DNA of 64,000 bases, taken from the NCBI GenBank assembly GCA_000004985.1, contig GG738903.1; one strand, given 5' to 3'. A model generated the notes under the pieces. The model searched no databases. It saw only the letters and a program-made list of their open reading frames with translations, and had not been told where the DNA came from. Positions within the stretch are counted from its first letter, which is position 1. Every line of letters begins with the position of its first letter. A program made the translations under genes and the position numbers. Source of the DNA: Naegleria gruberi. Lineage: Eukaryota. Below are positions 11,402 to 21,802 of the stretch, piece after piece.

Positions 11402-12487
11402 TTACTTCAATATTATTATTCGATGATTTTCCTTGTCTGCTATATAGAGCTCGCCAGTGATATGATTGATACACAATCCATTTGGATTTCCCTCACTGAA
11501 CTGGATTGATTTTAGGTAATTTCCCTCTGGTGAAAATATTAAAACTCTTCTATTAGTGATTCCATCACAAACAAGAATTTGTTTTGTGATCTTGTCTACT
11601 GTTACAGATGTTGGAAATTCAAACTCACCAACTCCATTACCTCTGCTACCAAATTTGAAAAATAATACCTTGCCTCTTGTATCTGTAACATACACTCTAT
11701 TATTATGTCTATCAGATATGATACATTGATTTTCATGATTGACTGTAATACCAAAAGGTGACTCCATTTTGAGCTTTCTTTCACATCTCTTTCCAAAAGC
11801 ATATAAAAAGTCACCATCCTTTGAAAGCACTTTAATTCTATGATTGGACGAATCTGATATGAATATATCACCATAATTTCCACCATTTTCAAAAGTATTC
11901 ACATGTATTCCACAAATTCCATTGAATTGATAGGGTCCATTGCCAGGTTTCAATCTTAGACCTCTCCTCCAAAGTTGTTCATGCTTTATCAAATCGTAAC
12001 AATAAATACATTCATCATCACCTGCAACTAATAAATTCCCATAAATATCTATTTCCATAAAAAGTGGTTTGAAAACCAAATCAATTTTATATTGAAATTC
12101 TCGTGTTGTTAAATCAAAGGCTTGAATCCTCCTATTGCCATGATCAGCAACTAGCAATATGTGATTTTCATGTGATATTTTTACATCGTATGGAAGTGAA
12201 AATTTGCCACATTCCGAATCCTCCCAAGAAGAAGCAATAATACCCAAACTATCTTCATCATAGGATGGCATTACCAATAATTTCGGAATGCAACCAACAA
12301 TCTTTAGAGAATCACTCAATCCACATTCCAAAAAATCTTTTGATTTTCTCATCCCTTTCCTCATATTTTCCGTTAATTTTCTCAAGAGCCAATCTAAATG
12401 ACTAAATTCCTCTTCCTCTTGATCAGTCTGCACATGATTAAAATCGTGTAGAATCAACACAAAGGTCACAGCTGATTCTCTTTTCAT
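11402..12487 (-). CDS. NHL-repeat six-bladed beta-propeller protein
   Basis: 361-aa ORF from a true ATG at 12487. Recurrent NHL signatures: ADHGNRRIQAFD, SSNHRIKVL, DRHNNRVYVTD, ITNRRVLIFSPEG, DKENHRIIIL. Confidence 0.75.
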   Translation of the reverse strand: MKRESAVTFVLILHDFNHVQTDQEEEEFSHLDWLLRKLTENMRKGMRKSKDFLECGLSDSLKIVGCIPKLLVMPSYDEDSLGIIASSWEDSECGKFSLPYDVKISHENHILLVADHGNRRIQAFDLTTREFQYKIDLVFKPLFMEIDIYGNLLVAGDDECIYCYDLIKHEQLWRRGLRLKPGNGPYQFNGICGIHVNTFENGGNYGDIFISDSSNHRIKVLSKDGDFLYAFGKRCERKLKMESPFGITVNHENQCIISDRHNNRVYVTDTRGKVLFFKFGSRGNGVGEFEFPTSVTVDKITKQILVCDGITNRRVLIFSPEGNYLKSIQFSEGNPNGLCINHITGELYIADKENHRIIILK

Positions 12488-12493
12488 TTTTTT

Positions 12494-13434
12494 TTAAAAT
12501 TCAAAAACAAAAGGTTTTCCAATTAGTTTGTCTTCCTTATTGCCAATAACAGAAATTGCATTAATATACATTCTGTCACTCTCCTTCTCATAGGCAAATC
12601 CTCTTGCTTTTGGACAGTGATTATGACCAAAACAGTGTACCTTTAAATTTGTGAAATGATTCGAGTCCAACAATGTGGTCAACTCTTCAGATCCTCTCGA
12701 TGATCCATTTGATGTTCTATCCATATTGAATTTACAACATGGAAAGTGTGTCATTAGAATGTCAATATCATTCGGAATATTAAACGATGTCTTTTTACAA
12801 AACAAAGGTGGTGCCCAATTTCCTCTATATCTCACTCCATGAATCTTGATAGAATGATTATTATCGTCCACAATCGTCACACTTTCGTCCAACAGTAAAT
12901 AATATTGTGATTTGAGAGTGGATTTGGATTTTTCCTCTCGGAAATACTTTTGAAATCGTGGATAGACAATAATATCAGGTGACCATTCATGATTTCCTAT
13001 ATATTTAATAATTAATTATTAAATCATATAATATATGTAATAATATATTGATGATGATGATATATTTGTCATGTTCATAACCTACCCACAATCATGATAA
13101 TATATTTAAATACTCCATCACATTGTTTAATTAAATATTCAAAAAACGTGTCAACTTCTGTGAATAATCCAGTATTGGTAAAGTCACCACAATGCAGTAG
13201 AACATCACCTGCAGGCAGATCAACCATTTCATGCATACAATGTGTATCGGAAATGAGTACAAACTTCATGGGTTGAATTGGAAGATTTGAATGATGTTTT
13301 ATGGATCGTTGTGGAACTTGTAGTGTTGTAATTTCCTCTTCGATTGGAGATGTTGATTCTCCTCCTCCTACTACTTCCACTGATGATGTGTGATGATTCT
13401 TTTGATAGTAAAAACTGCTTTCGTTTTCATTCAT
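12494..13434 (-). CDS. calcineurin-like metallophosphoesterase (MPPED-like); 2 exons
   Basis: Exon 1 (13434..13086) carries the ISDTH and HCGDF motifs. A GTAGGT...TATAG intron at 13085..12997 (89 nt) joins it to exon 2 (12996..12494) and recreates the canonical GNHE motif (IMIVG|NHEW). Exon 2 carries MTHFP and GHNH (GHxH). The total CDS is 852 nt and in frame. Model: join(complement(13086..13434),complement(12494..12996)). Confidence 0.8.
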
Positions 13435-13640
13435 TTTTTCAATTTGTTTTATTCAAATTTGTGTCATCTAAACTTGGAATTTGTAATCAACTAGACAATT
13501 TTAAAAGTATTTCAAAAAGTTCAAGAAATTTATGAATTTGGAGTTTCAAAAATTCTCCATTAGCTTCAACTTTTTTGAACTAAGTTGCAAATATGAAATT
13601 TTCAACAATAAGCTGGTTCAATAATTACAATGAACTCTCT

Positions 13641-14057
13641 CTATCTTACATCTGAAATTACCTCTGCAAAGATTTCATCCCAAGGAGTTAGTGCCTCTTC
13701 AGTTACTTCATTTAGTGAGGAGCTAGGAGTCATTTCTTCCTCTTGAGTGAGTTGTTTCAGAATACTCATTAGTACTTCATCATTTTGCAGTGGAATGTCA
13801 TCGTTTGGTGTACCAGAGGAACTGATGATTGATAAATTATCTTTCAGTAAACTGAGTGGAGAAATATTTCTATTGAGAACTTGTGTCATTTCATCAATGA
13901 GATCCTTGTGCATATTTTGAACTCGTCTATATCGTTTACTCATCAAGCTGATTGCTCTAAAGTCCTTCTCCAGAATTGAGAAACTGTCAAATGTGATGGT
14001 TTGTCCTGAGGAAGTAAGAATGCTGGCCTTTCTAGGTTTCAATCCTTTTTCTACCAT
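13641..14057 (-). CDS. hypothetical protein (138 aa)
   Basis: ORF from a true ATG at 14057 (MVEKGLKPRK...); the track start at 14093 is GTG. I found no frame-compatible splice to the upstream Zn2Cys6 gene, so I treat it as a separate small gene. Confidence 0.3.
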   Translation of the reverse strand: MVEKGLKPRKASILTSSGQTITFDSFSILEKDFRAISLMSKRYRRVQNMHKDLIDEMTQVLNRNISPLSLLKDNLSIISSSGTPNDDIPLQNDEVLMSILKQLTQEEEMTPSSSLNEVTEEALTPWDEIFAEVISDVR

Positions 14058-14169
14058 TTTACAAACATTCAAGTGAAATGCACAAGCTTCCACAACAGGT
14101 GAAAGAACTGCAAATAAGCAATATCTAATTAATTTTCAAAATGGTTATCAATTTGATGATTTTGGATAC

Positions 14170-15639
14170 TTACGGAAACAATTCATTTTCAGTCAATAAG
14201 GTTATTCTGAGTGCACTTTCTTCCATCATTGAATAGCTCACTTCTTGAATCTGTTTCAAGAATAAAAATGCATACCCTTCTGATAAAATTGTTGTAAACA
14301 ATCTCTGATGTTTAAAGTATCCATCGCTGTGGCAGTCAGTTAGAGCTTTCATAGCTTCTGATTTGTGTTTCATGAGGGCCTTGAATATAAAGTGAGAAAC
14401 TTGTTTGAAGAGTACATAGTTTTGAGGAGTAATTTTGGTATTTCTCATGTAGTCCCAAGTACCTGGCAGTAAGAATTCATCGAGTTTTCTATTTACAGAG
14501 TAGAAAAACAGTTGGTACATGTTATCCAACAGATTTTCCATATTATTCAATTCTTTCATAAATCTGGCCGAAACTAGAGTCTTGTGATGGACTAAACTAG
14601 CATAAAATCTATTTCTCAAGGTTTTTTCGTTATCCAAATAAAAATTAATAAGGGTATGATAATAGCTTGCTTTGATTTGATTTCCTTCTGCGACACAAGT
14701 CATAAACATCAAGTGACAAGAGGCACCCCAATAAAACTGTGTGATATGATCCACAGAAAGTGCTGCAATTTCACATTCTGCCCTTCTCAAAATATAATCC
14801 ACATAGTCCAATTCACCCAACAGTTGTGAACTCAATGTCAAAATACCCAAATAGAAAGCATAAATACATCTCAATTCCCCCTTTGATTTTATCCATCCAT
14901 CATTATGAAGCAATTCAACATCTTCCCCTCTCTCAAAACAATGCAAGTAATTATTCACAAAATGTACAAGTTTAGCCCTCTCAATCAGAGGATGAATACC
15001 ACAAATGAAAGTAAAGTACAACTCAATCACCCTCATAGGTGTAATTGGAGAGGGTTTAGTTGTAAATATTCCAGCACTACCATTTGCATTATTGGTCATT
15101 GTGATATCGGTACTACTCTGATCATCGGAAGTCTTTTTCTTAATAGTATCATCGGATGATGATGACGATTTGGGTTTATCCTTTGATTTTAATGAATATA
15201 ATTCAGAACCCTTTCCTCTCTTTTGTGGTGTATTGTACTATAAGAAGTTTTCCGTTCAAATATTCATATGGAGAGTGCAATTATTATTGTAATTAAATAT
15301 ATCGAAATATTGAGTGATAATATTTTGATGATGGGGGTATAAGGAATATTAATAATTGAAACATACAACACATTCCGATCCGACTGCTAAACACTTTGAG
15401 CATCCACTTAATTTCTTATCACACTATTTTCATATCATTGTGATGATGAAGTTTTTCAATGAAAGTTTTAAAAGATGAAAACAAACCTTTTTATGCAATT
15501 TTCTACACCGAATACATGCAATGGGATGGCAATCTCCACTAAACGTCAATTGATTCATTTGCTGATGTTCCTGTTGTTTGTCATTACCTTCACTATTATC
15601 GGGAGGAGATGATGATGAAGGATCCACTTGATGAAACAT
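14170..15639 (-). CDS. GAL4-type Zn(2)-Cys(6) binuclear-cluster transcription factor with a fungal-TF-like middle region; 3 exons
   Basis: Exon 1 (15639..15487) ends ...CHPIACIRCRKLHKK. A GTTTGT..AATAG intron (15486..15424) leads to exon 2 (15423..15367), CDKKLSGCSKCLAVGSECV. Together these give the full CX2CX6CX6CX2CX6C zinc cluster. A GTATGT...TATAG intron (15366..15238) joins exon 3 (15237..14170) in frame (YNTPQKRGKG...KKKTSDDQSSTDITMTNNANG...). Exon 3 has the hydrophobic heptad pattern of the fungal-specific TF middle-homology region. The CDS is 1278 nt, 425 aa. Confidence 0.7.
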
Positions 15640-15971
15640 TTTTTTCGTAGTTTAAAGTAACTAGTCGATCGGTTCTGCATGCCAAAACCAGAGAATGCAT
15701 TGGCCAAGTTTGAATGTGGTTGGAAATGTTGGTAAAGTGCTTCGGCGGGGTGGAGTTTTTAATATGTACGCCTTTAACAATGTTGTAAAAAATATTTAAA
15801 TATTTAAAAAAAAAATATCCACAGTAATTCTACTAACCAATGTTATTACAGCAAAATCATCCTCCTTAGAATTTGTATCTTTAAAACGGAACAAACCTAA
15901 CTAGAGAGAACAAAGAGGATCACTACAAGTTAAACAATAACAATTATCGTACTTAAACCAGAAAGAAAAAA

Positions 15972-18539
15972 ATGATTGGTGCTGGTGGTATGCCAGGTGC
16001 CGGTGCCGATGCTGCTGGTTCTTCCGATGATGCTCCTCCATCTGGTGCTCAACCAAAACTCTCTCGACTCTTACAAATTGAACAAGATTTTGCTGCAAAA
16101 GATGACCTTGGTATTATTTCCGAAATACATGATAGTAACCAAAAGATTCTGTTGATATCATGCCACACCTTGAATGCGGATCATTCTCTCAACACGGATC
16201 ATGTAATAGTCAAGATTGATACCATCATTAGATCATACAAGATCCGAAATCCCAATACCACAATCAAGGCACCTCTCATGATTAAAACATCCAACTCGGA
16301 GGCATTCCTACAAAGATTGAACAAATTGGGGGTATGCAGAGAAGTGAAGGAAAATATAGTGTTCTATGATGAAATTTCAAAATTTAGCAAATTTGCAAGT
16401 TTGTTTTGTGATTGTTGCTTTCAAAACATGTTGGAACGAAAGCAAATTGGTTTCAATTTTAAAACCTTGTACATGTTGAAAATGCAACTCAGGAGGCCTT
16501 ATCCTTCATGTCTGGATCGATTTAAAAGTGATATTATCATTGGTGCTTATATTGCCTTTCCAGAGTTTGTGTTTGGTGTGACGAATGTTTGGATTAATGA
16601 GAATGAAAGTTTTGGAGTTTACAAGATGAAAAACAGCGACCAGCTACTAATTCACAGTCAAAGTCAAGTTGTATTGGAGAATCTTTTTTACCTAGGATAT
16701 ATTGAGAGTATGGAAAGTTTGGTTTCAATCCAAGGAAGCTCACTATTGGGTTCTAGAGTTTCATTTAGAGGATCAAAATCTGACAAGTTGTACATTCTTC
16801 CGTGCATATCTTTAATGAATAACCTAATAATGGCATCTGTTCCATCTCAAGTGGAATTGGATTATAAATCATGGTTGAATATTGGAACAAGAGAGGATTG
16901 GAAATCATATGTAGATCAGTGTGCCCCAACACCATTTCTCAATAACTCAAATCCAACAATTGGTTATTTCCCTGCCCTATATAAGGGTCCAAAGCATCTT
17001 TTCAATCGATCAGATGCTTCGTTTGTAAATATTGAGGAGGTTTGGGATATTTTACATAACAACAAATTACCAGAAAAGAGACCAAAAGACAGAAACACTT
17101 CACCTGGAGAAGTGACAGTATTATTAGATGAAACGTTTGATAGTAATGTTCTAAGGAGATTTCTCCAGTTGAAATTGAGATTTCCATTGAACCAAAATGT
17201 ATTATCTTTAAGAGGGAAGATTGTGGATTGGTTGTTTAACCATAATCTAGTACTTCCAGTGACTGAAGACCGAACAACTACTCAACTAGTAATACGTAAT
17301 GAATCTATTACTGATTCATCAGAAACTGCTATATTCTATCCTGTAATTAATGACGAGCAGATATCTAATTTATTCCTCAAACAAGAGTATTTGACAAAAC
17401 TAAAAAATAGCCTGTCAGCATTCTTAATTCTCCTTTTCAACTATCTGGAGAAAAATGGGATAGATTATGAGAGAGATCATCCTTTTAGAGATTACTTGGA
17501 TGCAAATCAAACCATTTGGAAAGATTATGACAAGAATTTAATTCACTATCAGCTAGTTGGTAGTACCAAAATCCTCTCAGAATTGAGCTATCAATCTATG
17601 TTTCCTAAACTAAAGCCAAGTATGATTATTTCTAATCAGTATATGTTACTAGATGGAATGAGAATGGAGATTCAAAATATGGATGATTTGAAACGACAAC
17701 TGATAGATTTATATTCAGCAACAGCCTACAGAATGACAATCGTTCATGGAATGTTTGATGATCCTTCTTTTGATAGAACAGTTGCTAACAGTTACATTCT
17801 TTCACTGAATAATTATCTGGAAATATTAGAGAGCCATAGTAAAACAGAAGTTATTGAAGAGGAGGAGCTAGATGAGCTCGATTACCTATTTATAGCTCTT
17901 TCCTCGAAACATTTATTGAAATCATACTCTTACTATGCTGAGTTTAACATTAGATATGCATTTAATGACGGCTGGTATACTGCACAAATGGTTTTTAAAG
18001 AATATGTCCAAAGAAAGAATTTTATTAAGAGGAAACCTAACACTCTACTAATCAATAATTTCCTAAAAAATCAATTAAGAATACTGCATCCAATTATACC
18101 AGCATTCGCATCTTACTGTTGGACTGACATACTTGGTATCAAAGATTCAATACTCTGTTATGAAAATATTCCATTACCTGATCCTAAATATTTACTGTCT
18201 AATCATTTAATAAGAGCAGTACTTCCAAAATCCAAGTTGAGGAAAAGAAAATATTCAACAGCTAGGATAACTGTTTGTGACAAGAAGGAGGAATGGCATG
18301 TGAAAGCCTTAGCAGCTCTCAAAGCACATGAAGAGTATATTAATTCACAAGATTGCTTGAACAAACTTTTCTTGTACGTAAAGGATTATTTGAAAGAAAA
18401 AGATATCAAAACGATAATGCGATATATGAGTGCTCTGTGTGAGTTGTACAAAGAACTGGGATCTGATATTTTCATGAATGGAATGAATATGAATTGCTCA
18501 AGCCACATTTTGAATGGATTAGTGAACAATTCCAATTAG
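15972..18539 (+). CDS. hypothetical protein (855 aa)
   Basis: Long uninterrupted ORF from a true ATG at 15972, with a Gly/Ala-rich N-terminus. The C-terminal segment LRILHPIIPAFASYCWTDILG weakly resembles the anticodon-binding helix of class Ia aminoacyl-tRNA synthetases, but no HIGH or KMSKS motif is visible. Function unknown. Confidence 0.55.
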   Translation: MIGAGGMPGAGADAAGSSDDAPPSGAQPKLSRLLQIEQDFAAKDDLGIISEIHDSNQKILLISCHTLNADHSLNTDHVIVKIDTIIRSYKIRNPNTTIKAPLMIKTSNSEAFLQRLNKLGVCREVKENIVFYDEISKFSKFASLFCDCCFQNMLERKQIGFNFKTLYMLKMQLRRPYPSCLDRFKSDIIIGAYIAFPEFVFGVTNVWINENESFGVYKMKNSDQLLIHSQSQVVLENLFYLGYIESMESLVSIQGSSLLGSRVSFRGSKSDKLYILPCISLMNNLIMASVPSQVELDYKSWLNIGTREDWKSYVDQCAPTPFLNNSNPTIGYFPALYKGPKHLFNRSDASFVNIEEVWDILHNNKLPEKRPKDRNTSPGEVTVLLDETFDSNVLRRFLQLKLRFPLNQNVLSLRGKIVDWLFNHNLVLPVTEDRTTTQLVIRNESITDSSETAIFYPVINDEQISNLFLKQEYLTKLKNSLSAFLILLFNYLEKNGIDYERDHPFRDYLDANQTIWKDYDKNLIHYQLVGSTKILSELSYQSMFPKLKPSMIISNQYMLLDGMRMEIQNMDDLKRQLIDLYSATAYRMTIVHGMFDDPSFDRTVANSYILSLNNYLEILESHSKTEVIEEEELDELDYLFIALSSKHLLKSYSYYAEFNIRYAFNDGWYTAQMVFKEYVQRKNFIKRKPNTLLINNFLKNQLRILHPIIPAFASYCWTDILGIKDSILCYENIPLPDPKYLLSNHLIRAVLPKSKLRKRKYSTARITVCDKKEEWHVKALAALKAHEEYINSQDCLNKLFLYVKDYLKEKDIKTIMRYMSALCELYKELGSDIFMNGMNMNCSSHILNGLVNNSN

Positions 18540-18627
18540 ATGGATATCCAATTGATTGTTACTTGGAAAGGTCATCTGAGAACTCAACCATAGCCAATCC
18601 TTTCTTTCCTATTGTAAAATTAATTGA

Positions 18628-19329
18628 TTAATGAGCTTTATTTACATATTCCATACACCTTGGATAATTCCATTCATCAATATTTACAGATGATACACTC
18701 TTTCCTTCAGCCATCTGTGTCAATAAATCTGTCACCTCAATCAATTCTGTATCTTGAGGATTTCCATAAAAAGCTCTCATCAAGAGCATGTTACGTAAAT
18801 TATCTGGCAAGTATGAAATTTCATTATCCAAAAAGATGGTCTTTTCCATATCTCTTCCCAAACTATTCACTCTCTTGGTTTGGAAAATATGATGTCTATA
18901 CAATCTATGTGTGAAAACATCAGGCATGTGTTTCAGAATATTATCAGCATGAAATTTCACACCAGCAGTCAACAAGACAATTTCAAATCGTTTCTCCATC
19001 TCTACCAAAAACTCTTCCAATCCAGGTCTCAACATGACATGACATTCTGGATAACAAGGAAACGAATTATGGAATGGTCTCTCCGAACTAGCAATTAAAC
19101 ATTCATCCAAGTCCAAAACCAAAGTCATTTCTCTATCGGATTTGATAGCAGGAAGAGAACACAATCCATCCCGAGAGGCATACTTGTAATTGATGGAATT
19201 ATGACGAATTGTTGATGCAGATGATGATGAATTTTTGAATATTCTTCCATTCTTGTTGTTGCTGGTAACAAGGAAGGAAATTGATGATGAAAACTTGCAA
19301 GATTTTTGTGCTGTGAGAACTTTGAGCAT
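18628..19329 (-). CDS. FCP1/NIF-type (CTD small phosphatase-like) HAD phosphatase
   Basis: 233-aa ORF from a true ATG at 19329. Contains the catalytic DxDx(T/V) motif in LVLDLDECLIAS and a downstream block (RPGLEEFLVEMEKRFEIVLLTAG) typical of NLI-interacting-factor / TIM50-like phosphatases. Confidence 0.7.
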   Translation of the reverse strand: MLKVLTAQKSCKFSSSISFLVTSNNKNGRIFKNSSSSASTIRHNSINYKYASRDGLCSLPAIKSDREMTLVLDLDECLIASSERPFHNSFPCYPECHVMLRPGLEEFLVEMEKRFEIVLLTAGVKFHADNILKHMPDVFTHRLYRHHIFQTKRVNSLGRDMEKTIFLDNEISYLPDNLRNMLLMRAFYGNPQDTELIEVTDLLTQMAEGKSVSSVNIDEWNYPRCMEYVNKAH

Positions 19330-19430
19330 TTTTTTCTAATTTTTAATAAAATTCATTTTCCTTTCACAAATTAATGAAATAAGGTACATATCATCAACAA
19401 TTCTTAATTTACATTTACATGAGGAGAGGT

Positions 19431-20099
19431 TTATTTTTCTTTACGATACATGACATCTGTTCTCATGACATATTTAAATTCATTTGGATCACTCAACACA
19501 CTTCCTTCATGATAATTCGAATGAACAAACATCAAGACTTGACCTGCTTGTGGTTTCACACTATGAGTTATTTCACATCTCGAATTGAGAAAGTTAGTTT
19601 CACCTCCACTCTCCACATCATTCAAATATAAGAGAACTGTAATGAAAGATCTTTCCACAACTTTCATTTTCTTTCCATTAATTTCCACATTAAGAGTTGG
19701 TCTCTGAAAACAACCATCATAATGAGGAGCAAAATATTCTCCAGCTGCATACTTGTAGAAACGAATTCTTTCATTGAGACCACACAATTTAAAACCATCT
19801 TGTGGACCTACTTTGAGTGATGACACATTCTGTGGCAGGTATTTCTCTAATTTTTTGTAAAGCATGTCAGAATATTGCTTTTTATCAATCATGGCACGAG
19901 AGTTATTTCTAACATCTTTCATCATGGTAGATGAAGTAGGACCTGTTGAAATTGGGGCTTCTCCATAACCAATTTCTTCACTTTCTTTCAAAAGTTTCGA
20001 ACATTCTTCTGTGGAGAATAAATTCTTGATGAGCCAAATGTTGTTTGGATCAATGGTTTCAAGATGTGGTTGCTTAGAGATGGTGGATGAAGAGATCAT
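19431..20099 (-). CDS. 2-oxoglutarate/Fe(II)-dependent oxygenase, prolyl 4-hydroxylase-like
   Basis: 222-aa ORF from a true ATG at 20099. Carries the HxD...H iron triad (FAPHYDG ... HEGSVL), the ITVLLYLNDVESGGETNF jelly-roll block and a basic residue in KYVMRTDVMY typical of P4Hc-domain enzymes. Confidence 0.7.
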   Translation of the reverse strand: MISSSTISKQPHLETIDPNNIWLIKNLFSTEECSKLLKESEEIGYGEAPISTGPTSSTMMKDVRNNSRAMIDKKQYSDMLYKKLEKYLPQNVSSLKVGPQDGFKLCGLNERIRFYKYAAGEYFAPHYDGCFQRPTLNVEINGKKMKVVERSFITVLLYLNDVESGGETNFLNSRCEITHSVKPQAGQVLMFVHSNYHEGSVLSDPNEFKYVMRTDVMYRKEK

Positions 20100-20243
20100 T
20101 GCTATTGTTTCTTTTGTTTTTTTGAAAATAAATGATACAAACAGTCTGAAAAGTTTAAATTAAACGATGAACATTGAGTTCACAGTTCGAAGCTCGGTAA
20201 TATGAAAACACGTTATTAAGGGTAATCAAGGTTAACAAATGCA

Positions 20244-20300
20244 GCCCGTCTAGCTCAGTCGGTAGAGCGCAAGGCTCTTAACCTTGTGGTGGGCGATTCC
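20244..20300 (+). pseudogene. tRNA-Lys(CUU) 5' fragment (acceptor 5' strand, D arm and anticodon arm intact; T arm decayed and 3' acceptor strand absent)
   Basis: GCCCGTC TA GCTCAGTCGGTAGAGC G CAAGG CTCTTAA CCTTG folds as acceptor 5' strand, D arm and anticodon arm with anticodon CUU. The sequence then degenerates (GGGCGATTCC with no complementary T stem), and no GACGGGC 3' acceptor strand follows. It lies in the divergent promoter between the P4H-like and F-box/LRR genes. Confidence 0.5.
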
Positions 20301-20417
20301 TTTTACGATTCTGTCTGTTTATTTTGAAATAGTTAATTTTACAATAATAAATAATTTATCTATAATATTTCAAAACAATAACAATACTATCTATTTATTA
20401 ATTTTTATTTAAAAAAA

Positions 20418-21722
20418 ATGAAGAAGCGAATGAGAGAAGAATTTGATCGTAATTCAATCATGATGGAAGGAAAGGAGTACGATAACTTATTCCCCGATGA
20501 TATTTGTGAAGAAATTATGCAATGGCTAGCTTGGAAAGAAGTTTTATTGAATTGTTGCCTAATTTCCAAGCAATGGTTTACAATTGCAAAATCAAGATAT
20601 AGAGCAAGTATTCAACTCACATATGGTCAAGAAAAATTATGGCTATGTTTTATTAAAGAGCAGCAGGAAGGAATTTCTCGTATATTTAATATTGGTGTTG
20701 ATTCTTTCAGAGTGGTGGGAAGTTACTTTATAGATAGCATTAATGCAGAGATTATTAGCAAATCGTTTCCTAATTTGAAGCGATTGGAAATTGGTGATAA
20801 CCAACAATTTGGAGATTGTGGAGCAGAGTCGATAAGTAAGATTAAGACTTTGACGAGCTTGAATGTTTTAGATTGTGGAATAACTTCAAAAGGAGCAGAA
20901 TTTATTGGATTGTTAAACGGGCTGACCTATCTTAATATTGGAAATAACAAGATTATGGATAGTGGAATGAAATTTATTGGAAAATTGAGTTCACTGAATG
21001 TTTTGCAGATTGGTAGTACTGAGATAACTAGTGAGAGTTTTAAATTGGTGGGCTGTATGAAGGGATTAACATCTCTTTCTATTTATTCAAATCCAGTCAC
21101 AATAGAAGATGCAAAATCCATAAGCTCAATACACGGCCTTAAATCTCTAAATATCAGCAATACAGGAATTTCTGTGGAAGGATTGAAATATTTAAGTGCA
21201 CTGACTTTACTAACGAACTTGTCTTTGGCCAAGAATAACATTACAAATGAAGGGCTTTTATCAATATCCCAAATGAAGCAAATAACTAAACTCTTTCTTC
21301 AACATAATGTAATAGACTGTGATGGAGCTCAATTATTAAGTACAATGACCAATTTGAGATTATTAAATATTAGTCAAACCAAAATCACCACTGAAGGAAT
21401 CAAGCACATTACCTCCTTGAAGAACATTACATCTTTGAATATTTCGATTAATCAGTTAAATGATGAAGCTTTAAAATTAGTTAGTTCAATGAATCAATTG
21501 ACCAATCTCAGTACACACAATAACAAGCTAACCAGCGAAGGCGCAAAACATATAAGCCAATTGAATAATCTAACAGAACTCAACATTTCCTCAAATCCTG
21601 TAAGAATCGAAGGTGCCAACTATTTAAATCAAATGACAACACTCAAAATAATTAATGTTTCAAACTGTAGAACTGGAATCTTCCAATGGAACAATAATAT
21701 TGATCTACAATTTGATGACTAG
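20418..21722 (+). CDS. F-box / leucine-rich-repeat protein (RNI-type LRRs)
   Basis: True ATG at 20418. The N-terminal LFPDDICEEIMQWLAWKEVLLNCCLISKQWFTIAKS is an F-box. About 12 LRR units of 24-25 aa follow, of the form LxxLxxLNISNTGISVEGLKYLSALTLLTNLSL. Confidence 0.7.
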   Translation: MKKRMREEFDRNSIMMEGKEYDNLFPDDICEEIMQWLAWKEVLLNCCLISKQWFTIAKSRYRASIQLTYGQEKLWLCFIKEQQEGISRIFNIGVDSFRVVGSYFIDSINAEIISKSFPNLKRLEIGDNQQFGDCGAESISKIKTLTSLNVLDCGITSKGAEFIGLLNGLTYLNIGNNKIMDSGMKFIGKLSSLNVLQIGSTEITSESFKLVGCMKGLTSLSIYSNPVTIEDAKSISSIHGLKSLNISNTGISVEGLKYLSALTLLTNLSLAKNNITNEGLLSISQMKQITKLFLQHNVIDCDGAQLLSTMTNLRLLNISQTKITTEGIKHITSLKNITSLNISINQLNDEALKLVSSMNQLTNLSTHNNKLTSEGAKHISQLNNLTELNISSNPVRIEGANYLNQMTTLKIINVSNCRTGIFQWNNNIDLQFDD

Positions 21723-21802
21723 CAGCACATGAACCATAAAGTTAAATAGTAAACAACTCTTGTTACCCATAAAGCAACCATCAAATTCACCAATCAAAAA
21801 AA

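Noticed and set aside
13641-15099. Joining ORF 13641..14093 to the Zn2Cys6 gene as a fourth exon
   Set aside because: No GT..AG pair gives a frame-compatible junction, and the 14170 stop is followed by a GTAAGT that would need a 1-nt phase that the downstream frame does not offer. Kept as separate genes.
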